From: an uncultured Chloroflexia bacterium | Lineage (GTDB): Bacteria; Chloroflexota; Limnocylindria; Limnocylindrales; CSP1-4 | DNA length: 64,000 nt | Reading direction: 5' to 3' | Assembly (NCBI GenBank): GCA_963746845.1 | Contig: CAVVCZ010000004.1 | Coordinates: forward strand, 448,001-512,000 | In this document: in pieces, positions 19,849-28,917 of the stretch | How positions within the stretch are numbered: position 1 is the first letter of the stretch | How the letters are laid out: the number at the start of each line of letters is the position of its first letter | Notes under the pieces: model-generated | Told to the model about the DNA's origin: nothing | Database searches by the model: none | The model's input: only the letters and a program-made list of their open reading frames with translations | Position numbers and translations under genes: made by a program

Positions 19849-19993
19849 GACGGTCGACGCGGGGCGCAAGGCAGCACGATGGGCGGGAACCTACCGAGGC
19901 CGGTGCGAGGTGTCGATGGGACCTTCGGGGGACCGGGTTCGCCGACCGGCGGGCCCCACGACCGCGCTGGGGGCGCGGGTCAGATGCTCGCGA

Positions 19994-20377
19994 TCAGAGC
20001 GTGAACAGGTGGAGGCCGTTCACGAGGACGTCGAGGACGGCCAGGATCGCGATCAGGAAGCCGCCGACGACGGCGATGCGGCGCACGTCACGCTGGACGT
20101 AGCGGTACTCCTCCTGCGCACGCGCCGCCAGCGGCACCGACGAGTACGAAACGCCGGCGGTCGCTTCGGCGTCCGCCTTGCGGCCTCGCTCTCGGGCGTC
20201 CCGGGCCGCAGTCGCCGCCTTCTCCTCCGCGACGATCTCGGCCTCGATCTCCGCCGCCCGCGCCTCTTCCTCGGGCGTGACGGACGTGACCGGCGTGGCG
20301 GTCTCGGGCCGTGAAGCCGTCCGCTGGAGCGGTCGTCGCTGGCCGGGCCGGGCGGCGACGCGGGAGCGTTTGGCCAT
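19994..20377 (-). CDS. Hypothetical small protein with a C-terminal TM helix
   Basis: MAKRSR... with a basic N-terminus, a charged helix, EYRYVQRDVRRI and a hydrophobic tail. GGAG and TATCCT elements lie upstream. Confidence 0.7.
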   Translation of the reverse strand: MAKRSRVAARPGQRRPLQRTASRPETATPVTSVTPEEEARAAEIEAEIVAEEKAATAARDARERGRKADAEATAGVSYSSVPLAARAQEEYRYVQRDVRRIAVVGGFLIAILAVLDVLVNGLHLFTL

Positions 20378-20551
20378 GGGTCGGGTGATTCTCCGTCGAT
20401 CGATGGCGTGGATCGCGCGGAGGATAGCATCCGGACCCCGGCGGACCGGCCTGGTGATCGGACGATGAGGGCCGTTTGCTAGACTCGGGCGGCCCGCTCG
20501 TTCCAGCGTCGACCGCTCCGGGAGGACTCGGCCATCGACCTCAATGCCGCC

Positions 20552-21085
20552 GTGGAGCCGATCGTCGGAGTGGCGATCGTCGGCCTCGTCATGGCCGCGA
20601 TCGTGCTCCTTGTCCTGGTCGTGTTCCTCGCCCGGCAGACCGGTCAGCTCCGGCGCCGGCTCGACGGGCTGACCCGCGGTTCGGACGGCAAGAGCCTGGA
20701 CGCCGTCCTCGACGCCCACCTCGACAAGGTCTACGCCGTCGCCGCGGAGCTCGACGAGCTGTCCGCCCGGTCGGCCGTCCTGGAGGCCGTCGGCCGGCGC
20801 TCGATCCAGCGCGTCGGGCTCGTCCGCTTCAACCCGTTCGAGGACACGGGCGGGAACCAGAGCTTCGCGCTCGCGCTCATCGACGCCAAGGGCGACGGGT
20901 TCGTGATCAGCAGCCTGCACTCGCGGACCGGGACGCGGGTCTACGCGAAGTCGATCAGCGACGGGCGCTCGGACGGCGCGCTGTCCGACGAGGAGCGAGA
21001 GGCCCTCCGATCGGCGCTCGTCGGCCCGGCCGGTGCCGGCTCCGACGCGGGACGAGGCCGCGAACGCGTGGCCGGACCGGTCTGA
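20552..21085 (+). CDS. DUF4446-like membrane-anchored protein
   Basis: TM helix, coiled coil, then VGLVRFNPFEDTGGNQSFALAL..GFVISSLHSR..TRVYAK..LSDEE. The real start may be ATC at 20534. Confidence 0.75.
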   Translation: MEPIVGVAIVGLVMAAIVLLVLVVFLARQTGQLRRRLDGLTRGSDGKSLDAVLDAHLDKVYAVAAELDELSARSAVLEAVGRRSIQRVGLVRFNPFEDTGGNQSFALALIDAKGDGFVISSLHSRTGTRVYAKSISDGRSDGALSDEEREALRSALVGPAGAGSDAGRGRERVAGPV

Positions 21086-21116
21086 CAGCCAAGGTGTCAC
21101 GGGGTCGGGCGATGCT
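21082..21116 (+). promoter_or_regulatory. TGACA-N7-TGTCAC palindrome (copy 2) plus -10-like GATGCT
   Basis: cTGACAgccaaggTGTCAC (21082-21100), 10 nt, GATGCT (21111-21116), 6 nt, ATG at 21123. Confidence 0.6.
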
Positions 21117-21122
21117 GCGGTC

Positions 21123-24100
21123 ATGGCTCCCGATCCCATCTCTCTTCGCGAGGCCGTGAGTCGGTCGCGCGCGCGGCGCGAGCCCGTGCCGCTCGAGCAG
21201 ATCCCGATGTGGGACGGCTTCGTCGCCGATCCGCCGGACATCGGCGACGGTGACCCGCCCGCGGGCCTGGACGCGCTGCTCGGCGGGCTGAACCCGGATC
21301 AGCTCCGGGCGGTGACCCACGGCGACGGGCCGCTGCTCGTGGTCGCGGGGGCCGGCACGGGCAAGACCCAGGTGATCACGCGCCGCATCGCCTGGCTGAT
21401 CGCGACCCGGCGGGCACGGCCGTCGGAGATCCTCGCGCTCACCTTCACGGAGAAGTCGGCCGCGGAGATGCAGACGCGGGTCGACCAGCTCGTGCCGTAC
21501 GGGTACACGGACACGACGATCGGCACGTTCCACGCCTTCGGCGATCGGCTGATCCGCGAGTACGCGCTCGAGCTCGGGCTGCCCTCGGATGTCCGCGTGC
21601 TCAGCCGCGCCGAGGCCGTGATCTTCCTCCACGAGCACCTCTTCGCGTTCGAGTTGGACGAATACCGGCCACTCGGCGACCCGACCCGGTTCCTGGGGGC
21701 GCTCGCGGGGTTGTTCAGCCGGTCCAAGGACGAGGACGTCTCGCCCGAGGCCTACCGCGTCTGGGCGGAGGGTCTCGCGACGGCCGCGGTGGCGGACCCC
21801 GACGATGCCGCGCTTGCCCAGCGCGCCCGCCAGCAGGTCGAGCTGGCGGCGGCCTACGCCCGGTACCAGGAGCTGCTCATCGCCAACGGCTGCATCGACT
21901 TCGGCGACCAGGTCGCGCTTGCGCTCCGGCTCGTGCGCGAGTCCCCGGCGGCCCGCGCGGAGGTCCAGGCGCGGTTCCGGCACATCCTCGTCGACGAGTT
22001 CCAGGACACGAACCGGTCCCAGTCGGAGCTCGTCGCGATCGTCGCGGAGCCACACCGGAACCTCACGGTCGTCGGCGACGACGACCAGTCGATCTACCGG
22101 TTCCGGGGTGCCGCGATCAGCAACATCCTCGGGTTCCAGGAGCGCTACCCGTCGTCACGGACGATCGTCCTGCGGCGGAACTATCGATCCCGACCGGGGA
22201 TCCTGGACGCCGCAGGGCGACTGATCCGGTTCAACGACCCGGATCGGCTCGAGGCACGCGCGGGCATCGTCAAGGGACTCGTCCCCGAGCGGGGGATCGA
22301 CCCGGCCGGACGTCCCGTCCGCCACGAGTCGCATCCATCCGGGAGCGACGAGGCGGATCGGATCGCGCGGGAGATCGCCGAGCGCATCCGCGACGGGGCG
22401 CGGCCGCGCGACATCGCGGTCCTCGTCCGGGCGAACGGCCACGCCGAGTCGATCCTGCGGAGCCTCGAGACGGCCGGTGTCCCGTGGCGGTTCTCGGGCT
22501 CGGCGGGTCTGTACGCCCGGCCGGAGGTCCGCCGGCTGCTCGCCTTCCTGCGGGCGATCGCGGACCTCGGGTCGTCGGTCGACGTCTACGCGATCGCGAC
22601 CGGCGAGCCCTACGCGCTCGGTGGTCCGGACCTGACGACGATCGTCACCAGCGCCCGCCGACGGAACCGGACGGTCTGGGAGGTGTTCGAGGAGCTCGAC
22701 CGGCAACCCGGCATCCTTCGGCTCGATCCGGAGACACGGGCGTCCGTGAAGCGGCTCGTCGAGGACCTGCGCGAGCTGTCGGCGCTGGCGCACGAGCGTC
22801 CGTCCGGCGAGGTCCTCTATGCATTCCTTCGGCGGACCGGCACGATCGCCCGTCTCGCGGCCGAGTCGACGGCCGGTGCGGAGGAGGCCCTCCGGAACAT
22901 TGCCCGGTTCTTCGAGATCGTCCGGGCCCAGTCGGGCCTCCTCGCGGACGACCGTCCGACCTTCCTGGCCCGGCACCTCCAGACGCTGATCGAGGCCGGC
23001 GACGACCCGGCGACGGCGGACCTCGACCCGGACGCGGACGCGGTCGCGGTCCTCACGGTCCACAAGGCGAAGGGGCTCGAGTTCCCGTTCGTGTACCTGC
23101 CCGGGCTCGTCGCGGGTCGCTTCCCGACGCCGAACCGGCGCGAGTCGCTGGCGATGCCGCCGGAGCTCGTCGGCGAGCCGTCGACGAGTGACGAAGAGGT
23201 CCAGCTGCGCGAGGAGCGACGGCTCTTCTACGTGGCGATGACCCGAGCCCGCGACGAGCTCGTCCTGTCCCATGCGGCGGACTACGGCGGGATCGGGACC
23301 CGGCGCGTCTCGCCGTTCGTCCTCGAGGCGCTGGACCTGACGCCGGCGGCGGTCGAGCCGAAGATCCGGGCCGCGACCGCGATGGACCGGATCGGTGCGA
23401 TCGGCGAAAGGCAACCGCAGCCAACGACGGCCCCTCGCGGACCGGTGACGGAGCCCCTTACGCTGTCGTTCTCGGCGATCGACGACTACCTCAGCTGCCC
23501 GCTGAAGTACAAGCTCGGGCACGTGGTCCGGGTGCCGGTCCCGCCCCACCACGCGATGATCTACGGGTCCGCCCTCCACCGCGCCGTCCAGGAGTTCCAC
23601 CGATGGCACGCCCGTGGCGACGTGATGAGCGACGACGAGCTCGCCGCGTCGTTCGAGGCCGCGTGGACGAACGAGGGCTTCCTGTCGCGGGATCATGAGG
23701 AGGCTCGCCTTGCGGCGGGTCGCGCGACGCTGCGCCGCTTCCGGGCCGCCCAGCTGGAGCCCGGGGCCGTCATCCCCGCCTACGTCGAGCGCGAGTTCTC
23801 CTTCTCGCTCGACGGCGACCGGATCCGCGGCCGATGGGACCGGGTCGACATCGAGCCCGCCGATCCCGCGGGTGCGCCGGACGACGGCCCGGACAGCCCG
23901 CCCCCGCACGCCGACACGGTGGCGCCGACGCTCGAGCTGACCGGACGGGAGCGGGTCACGATCACCGACTACAAGACGAGCGACGTGCGCGAGGTGACCC
24001 GGGCTCGTCAACGGGCGAAGGACTCGCTCCAGCTCCAGATCTACGCGATGGCGTACGAGGCGATGACCGGGCGTCTCCCGGACGCCGTCCAGCTCCACTT

Positions 24101-24281
24101 CCTCGACACGGGCGTCGTCGGCCGGGCCGAGGTCGATCCGCGGCGCCTTGCGAAGGGCCGCGAGCGGATCGCCGTTGCGGCCGCCGGGATGCGTGCCCGG
24201 GACTACACGGCGAAGCCGAGCCCGACGACCTGTGGCTACTGCCCGTTCCGGGCGATCTGCCCGTCGAGCGTCGCGACGTGA
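21123..24281 (+). CDS. UvrD/REP-family SF1 helicase fused to a C-terminal PD-(D/E)XK (RecB/Cas4-like) nuclease with four Cys (AdnAB/AddAB-like subunit)
   Basis: AGAGTGKT, LTFT, DEFQD, VGDDDQSIYRFRGA, NYRS, TVHKAKGLEF, EERRLFYVAMTRA; nuclease GRWDRVD..DYKT..QLQIY; YLSCP plus CGYCPFRAIC. Confidence 0.92.
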   Translation: MAPDPISLREAVSRSRARREPVPLEQIPMWDGFVADPPDIGDGDPPAGLDALLGGLNPDQLRAVTHGDGPLLVVAGAGTGKTQVITRRIAWLIATRRARPSEILALTFTEKSAAEMQTRVDQLVPYGYTDTTIGTFHAFGDRLIREYALELGLPSDVRVLSRAEAVIFLHEHLFAFELDEYRPLGDPTRFLGALAGLFSRSKDEDVSPEAYRVWAEGLATAAVADPDDAALAQRARQQVELAAAYARYQELLIANGCIDFGDQVALALRLVRESPAARAEVQARFRHILVDEFQDTNRSQSELVAIVAEPHRNLTVVGDDDQSIYRFRGAAISNILGFQERYPSSRTIVLRRNYRSRPGILDAAGRLIRFNDPDRLEARAGIVKGLVPERGIDPAGRPVRHESHPSGSDEADRIAREIAERIRDGARPRDIAVLVRANGHAESILRSLETAGVPWRFSGSAGLYARPEVRRLLAFLRAIADLGSSVDVYAIATGEPYALGGPDLTTIVTSARRRNRTVWEVFEELDRQPGILRLDPETRASVKRLVEDLRELSALAHERPSGEVLYAFLRRTGTIARLAAESTAGAEEALRNIARFFEIVRAQSGLLADDRPTFLARHLQTLIEAGDDPATADLDPDADAVAVLTVHKAKGLEFPFVYLPGLVAGRFPTPNRRESLAMPPELVGEPSTSDEEVQLREERRLFYVAMTRARDELVLSHAADYGGIGTRRVSPFVLEALDLTPAAVEPKIRAATAMDRIGAIGERQPQPTTAPRGPVTEPLTLSFSAIDDYLSCPLKYKLGHVVRVPVPPHHAMIYGSALHRAVQEFHRWHARGDVMSDDELAASFEAAWTNEGFLSRDHEEARLAAGRATLRRFRAAQLEPGAVIPAYVEREFSFSLDGDRIRGRWDRVDIEPADPAGAPDDGPDSPPPHADTVAPTLELTGRERVTITDYKTSDVREVTRARQRAKDSLQLQIYAMAYEAMTGRLPDAVQLHFLDTGVVGRAEVDPRRLAKGRERIAVAAAGMRARDYTAKPSPTTCGYCPFRAICPSSVAT

Positions 24282-25105
24282 CCGAGCGTCTCGACGGCAT
24301 CTCGGCGATCACGTTCGACTTCGGCAACACCCTCGTCCCGGTCGGCCGGGAGGCCCTGCATCGCGTGGTCGAGCTGACGGCGGACGGGATCGTCCGGGTC
24401 CAGCCGGACATCGACCGCGGGGCGTTCCTGGCGGTGTGGGCCGAGGAGCGCGAGCGGCAGTTCCGGGAGAACGTCCCGCAGTTCCGCGAGGTCGACCTGG
24501 CGGAGCGCCTCGTCCGGGTCTTCGCCCGGCTGCGCGGGATGGACCCGCCCGGCCCCGACGAGGCCTGGGACCAGGCGCGAGCCGCCACGTTCTCGGAGCC
24601 CGCCGATGTCGACCGGGCCATCGAGGCCTACAGCCTGGCCTTCGTCGACGGCCTGCCGGCGGCGGCCGGCGTCGATGATCTCCTCGTCCGCCTCGCATCG
24701 GAGGGCCGGACGCTTGCGATCCTCTCGAACTGGCCCCTCGCGGCCACGATCGATCGCTACGCCGAGGCGCGCGGCTGGATGGACTCGCTGCGGGCGATCG
24801 TGGTCAGCCAGCGTGTCGGAGTGATCAAGCCGCATCCGGCGATCTTCGCGGCCGCGAGCGAGGCGATCGGGGCGCCGCCGCCGACATCGATCCTGCACGT
24901 CGGTGACGACTGGGCCGCCGATGTCGCCGGCGCGTCGGCGGCGGGCTGGCGGACGGCCTGGATCGTCGATCGGCCAGCGGACTCGCCGCTGCCGTCGAGC
25001 GTCCCGGACGGGGCCGTCCGGGCAGACCTCGAGCTGGCCGCGGCCTCCGAGCTGGGGCAATGGCTCGGTCCGCGAGCGCCGGACGGAGCGGTCGCCACGG
25101 GATAG
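24278..25105 (+). CDS. HAD-family hydrolase
   Basis: FDFGNTL, LSN, KPHPAIF and HVGDDWAADV.GA motifs. GTG start overlaps the helicase stop. Confidence 0.85.
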   Translation: MTERLDGISAITFDFGNTLVPVGREALHRVVELTADGIVRVQPDIDRGAFLAVWAEERERQFRENVPQFREVDLAERLVRVFARLRGMDPPGPDEAWDQARAATFSEPADVDRAIEAYSLAFVDGLPAAAGVDDLLVRLASEGRTLAILSNWPLAATIDRYAEARGWMDSLRAIVVSQRVGVIKPHPAIFAAASEAIGAPPPTSILHVGDDWAADVAGASAAGWRTAWIVDRPADSPLPSSVPDGAVRADLELAAASELGQWLGPRAPDGAVATG

Positions 25106-25210
25106 GGCATTCACCCGATTGGGTGGAGTGGTGACCGGGTGGGACGATGCGCCGCCGACGCCTGGGCGCGGAGGACGACAGCCTCTCGGGCACTGGAGGA
25201 CCGATCGTCG

Positions 25211-25645
25211 ATGAGCGGCGACGAGCCGCACGGAGAGGCCGCGGACGGTGTGCCGTCCGGGGGCACGCCGCAGCCGACCGTGCTCGTCGTCGACGACGAC
25301 CCGGCCGTTCGCGCCTGGGCCGAAGGCGTCCTCGTCGAAGCCGGTATTGGCGTCGCCACCGCGGCGTCCGGACGCGACGCCCTCCGCCTGGTCGCGGACG
25401 GCCGCGTCCACCCGAGCGTCCTGCTGACGGACATCGAGCTGCCGGGCATGACCGGCGTCGAGCTCGCCGCCCGCCTCGCGGCGATGCGGCCCGGCCTGCG
25501 GGTCGTGATGATGACCGGCGACCCGGCCCGAGCGGACGAGGCCCGGATCCACTCGACGCTCGTCGCCACCGTCCTGCTGAAGCCGATGCGCGGTCCCGAG
25601 CTGATCGCCGCCGTCCGGCCGGACGCCACGGCACCGGTCGGCTGA
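25211..25645 (+). CDS. Stand-alone response regulator receiver protein
   Basis: VLVVDDD, LLTDIELPGMTGVEL, MMTG and LLKP motifs with no output domain. GGAGG RBS. Confidence 0.85.
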   Translation: MSGDEPHGEAADGVPSGGTPQPTVLVVDDDPAVRAWAEGVLVEAGIGVATAASGRDALRLVADGRVHPSVLLTDIELPGMTGVELAARLAAMRPGLRVVMMTGDPARADEARIHSTLVATVLLKPMRGPELIAAVRPDATAPVG

Positions 25646-25683
25646 CCCGGGCGGACCGCTTCGACCCGTAGACTGCTCCGCGC

Positions 25684-26058
25684 ATGGAAGCGCGCGACCG
25701 CCTGACGAACCTCGCGTTCTTCGCGGCGGCCGGCGTCGTCTGGATCCTCGTCGCCCTCGTGATCACGAACCGGGACCCGAAGGTGGACCCCGCCGCCGGG
25801 TTCGTCGGCGCCCTGCTGATCGGGCTGGCGCTCGGTCTCACGACCGTGCCACTCTTCTGGCTCGCCGTGTTCGGCCGTCACCGACGGATCGCCTATCGCG
25901 GCGACTGGACGCGCGCGTTCCGACGCGGCGTGTGGGTGGCGATCGTCGCGACCGTGTTCGTCATCCTCCGGCTGCAAGGGGTGTTCCAGCCGCCGATCGC
26001 CCTGTTCATCCTCGCGCTCGTGATCCTCGCCGAGGCCACACTGTCGGTCGAGCGCTGA
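25684..26058 (+). CDS. Hypothetical four-TM membrane protein
   Basis: 124 aa with four hydrophobic segments and an RAFRRG loop. Confidence 0.7.
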   Translation: MEARDRLTNLAFFAAAGVVWILVALVITNRDPKVDPAAGFVGALLIGLALGLTTVPLFWLAVFGRHRRIAYRGDWTRAFRRGVWVAIVATVFVILRLQGVFQPPIALFILALVILAEATLSVER

Positions 26059-26112
26059 CCTGCCCGCGGCCCCGACCGACCCCACCAGCTCCGGACCCTG
26101 ACAGGAGGCCCA

Positions 26113-27336
26113 GTGACGTCATCCATCGATCTCGCGAGCCTCGAGCCCGCCGGACCGCACGCCGAGGCGAAGCGTCGAATCGCGGCCGCCGTCCTCGCCG
26201 CCGCCGATGAGGTCGTCGGCCTGTCCCACCGGATCCACGCCAACCCGGAGCCCGCGTTCGAGGAGCGCCAGGCCGCGACGTGGATCGCGGAGTCGCTGCG
26301 CGGACATGGCTTCGTCGTGAAGCACCCGGCCGGCTCGCTGGCGACGGCGATCCGCGCGACGAAGGCCGGTGGACGCGGCGGCGACGGTCCGCGGATCGCG
26401 ATCCTGGCCGAGTACGACGCCCTGCCGGGACTCGGCCATGGCTGCGGCCACAACACGATGGCAGCAAGCGGCGTCGGCGCGGCGATCGCCCTCGCCAGCC
26501 TCGCCGGTGAGCTGCCGGGCGAGATCGTCTTCCTCGGGACGCCGGCCGAGGAACAGGGCAGTGGCAAGCAGATCATGATCGACGACGGCCTGTTCGCCGG
26601 CATTGACGCCGCCCTGATGTACCACCCGTGCGACCGGAGCCATGTCGCGTCGTTGCCGCTCGCCTCGGAGGACGTCAACGTCGTGTTCCACGGGCTCCAG
26701 GCGCACGCCGCGTCCGACCCGTGGCGCGGTCGGAACGCCCTCGACGCGATGATCCTGCTCTTCAGCTCGGTCGGGCTGTGGCGGCAGCAGCTCCACACGG
26801 ACGCGCGCGTCCACGGGATCATCCAGGAGGGCGGCACCGCGGCCAACATCATCCCGGACCGGACCCGAGCGTCGTTCATGTTGCGGAGCCCGGACCAGCG
26901 CTCGTACGAGGAGATGAAGACCCGGTTCCGGTCGCTGGTCGAGGCTGCGGCGCTCGCGACCGACACGACCTTCGATCTCACGTTCAGCGGCGGGTCGATG
27001 ACGATGAAGGCGAACCCGACGCTCGAGGCCCGCTGGGTCGAGAACGCGGCCGCCTACGGCGTCCTGGACCAGGGCCCCGATCCGAGCTCCGGGAGCACCG
27101 ATATGGGCAACGTCAGCTGGATCTGCCCGACGATCCATCCAGAGCTGTCGATCGCGCCCGAGGGCACGCCCGCCCACTCGGTCCTGTTCCGTGACGCGGC
27201 CGCGACGCCGGTCGCGGATCGGACGACGCTGCTGGCCGCGATCCTGGTCGCCCAGACCGCGTTCGAGCTGTTCGCGGACCCGGACCTGCTCGCGGCCGCG
27301 TGGCGGGACTTCCGCGCCGGGCCCGCCTCCCGCTGA
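26113..27336 (+). CDS. M20-family amidohydrolase / metallopeptidase
   Basis: IHANPE, AEYDALPGLGHGCGHN, GTPAEE, HAA..PW.G.NALDA and GSTDMGNVS motifs. Confidence 0.9.
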   Translation: MTSSIDLASLEPAGPHAEAKRRIAAAVLAAADEVVGLSHRIHANPEPAFEERQAATWIAESLRGHGFVVKHPAGSLATAIRATKAGGRGGDGPRIAILAEYDALPGLGHGCGHNTMAASGVGAAIALASLAGELPGEIVFLGTPAEEQGSGKQIMIDDGLFAGIDAALMYHPCDRSHVASLPLASEDVNVVFHGLQAHAASDPWRGRNALDAMILLFSSVGLWRQQLHTDARVHGIIQEGGTAANIIPDRTRASFMLRSPDQRSYEEMKTRFRSLVEAAALATDTTFDLTFSGGSMTMKANPTLEARWVENAAAYGVLDQGPDPSSGSTDMGNVSWICPTIHPELSIAPEGTPAHSVLFRDAAATPVADRTTLLAAILVAQTAFELFADPDLLAAAWRDFRAGPASR

Positions 27337-27390
27337 GGCCGGCCGATCGCCCCAGGCGTCGGGCGGGCCCGTGTCGGGGCCGTGCCCCGG

Positions 27391-28698
27391 TCAGGGCTTC
27401 GCGGTCGCCGAGATCCGGTACACGGCTCCGCCGCCGAGGTCGGTGACGTACAGCTCGCCGGCCTCGTCCCGGCCGAACGAGCTGATCGTGATCTTCGGGC
27501 TCGTGCCGGCGTCCTTGAGGAGCCGGGGCGCGGTCGGCGTGGACGCCGTCGCGGAGACCGCCCAGATCCGGCCCGAGCAGAAGTCCCCGAAGAGGTAGCC
27601 GCCGACGAGCACCGGCGACGCCGATCCGCGATAGACGTATCCGCCGGTCACGGAGCAGTTGTCCGTGCCGCTGACCGAGTGGCCGTAGACCGCGAGTGGC
27701 ACCTGCTTGCCGCTCGTGGAGCAGCCGCTCGATGGCTTGAAGCAGGCCCGGCCCTCCATCACGGACCAGCCGTAGTTCGCCGCCCGGCCGGCCGGCGTGC
27801 TGCCCGAGACCAGCGACCGGTCGATCTCCTCCCAGCGATTCTGACCGACGTCGCCGATCCAGAGCGCCTTCGTGGCCGGATCGAACGACCAGCGCCACGG
27901 GTTCCGGAGACCCCGCGACCAGATCAGGTCGTTCCCGGTCCGGCCGACGTACGGGTTGTTGTCGGGGACGGTGTAGTGCCGGGTCCGCGTCCCGTGATGG
28001 ACGTCGATCCGGAGCATCTTGCCGAGCAGGGAGTTGACGTTCTGGGCCCGGTTCCCCGGGTCGCCGCCGCTGCCGCCGTCGCCCATCCCGATGTACAGGT
28101 AGCCGTCCGGCCCGAACTCGATGTTCCCGCCGTTGTGGTTCGCGTACGGCTGGCCGATCGTGAGGATCCGGACGCCAGACGACCGATCGGCGACGTTCGG
28201 GTTCGACCCGATCGTGTACCGGCTGATCGCGGTGTTGCCGCTGCGGTCCGTGAAGTTCACGTAGATGTACGGCGCCGCCGGGAACTGCGGATCGAACGTG
28301 AGCCCGAGCAGCCCGCGCTCGCCACCGGTCGAGATGGCACCGCGCAGGTCGAGCAGCGGGGTCGCGAGGACGGACCCGCCCTGGATCACCCGAATCCGCC
28401 CGGCCTGCTCGACGACGAACAGGCGACCGCTGCCGTCATGGGCGTTCGTCACGAGCAGAGGCGAGACGAAGCCGCTCCTGACCAGCGTGAGCGACAGCGC
28501 GACCTTCGTCGGATCGAAGGCGTCGGATGTGGAGGGGACCGCGGTCGCCGGCTGGCGGGTGGAGACCGGGTCGAGGGCGCCCGTGAGCGGCGACCTCGAC
28601 ATGCTCGTGGCGTGCACGGCCGTCAGGACGAGCGACGCGAGGACCGCGGCGATCGAGACGGCGAGGACGGACGGAAGGAGGCGGCTGGACGTTCGCAT
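27391..28698 (-). CDS. Secreted PQQ-dependent sugar dehydrogenase (glucose/sorbosone dehydrogenase beta-propeller family)
   Basis: Signal peptide; ERGLLGL, NHNGG..FGPDGYLYIGMGDGG, LLGKMLRID, GLRNPWR, NYGW and SSFG.DEAGELY motifs. Confidence 0.88.
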   Translation of the reverse strand: MRTSSRLLPSVLAVSIAAVLASLVLTAVHATSMSRSPLTGALDPVSTRQPATAVPSTSDAFDPTKVALSLTLVRSGFVSPLLVTNAHDGSGRLFVVEQAGRIRVIQGGSVLATPLLDLRGAISTGGERGLLGLTFDPQFPAAPYIYVNFTDRSGNTAISRYTIGSNPNVADRSSGVRILTIGQPYANHNGGNIEFGPDGYLYIGMGDGGSGGDPGNRAQNVNSLLGKMLRIDVHHGTRTRHYTVPDNNPYVGRTGNDLIWSRGLRNPWRWSFDPATKALWIGDVGQNRWEEIDRSLVSGSTPAGRAANYGWSVMEGRACFKPSSGCSTSGKQVPLAVYGHSVSGTDNCSVTGGYVYRGSASPVLVGGYLFGDFCSGRIWAVSATASTPTAPRLLKDAGTSPKITISSFGRDEAGELYVTDLGGGAVYRISATAKP

Positions 28699-28917
28699 CG
28701 GGGGCGTCCTCCGGCGGGGGGTCGGGCCGGCTGGGGGTGCCGCCCGGTCGGGCGCATGGTCCCACGACACGGCGTCCGGCGCCCGCGAGGCCGGTGCTAG
28801 GATGGCCGAGGCGCGCCCCGCTGGACGCTCGTGGCGAACCGGCGGCGCCCCGTGCGAGGCGACGGCGAACGGGCCGCATCCCCTGGGAGCGGCGTGCCGG
28901 CGTCTCCGGAGGTGCAT

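Noticed and set aside
23460-24281. Cas4 / CRISPR-associated gene
   Set aside because: The Cas4-like nuclease is fused to a UvrD helicase, and there are no cas genes or array in the window.
28800-28917. Guanidine riboswitch upstream of the ureohydrolase
   Set aside because: No ykkC-type 3' motif, paired ACGR hairpins or guanidine-III consensus recognised.
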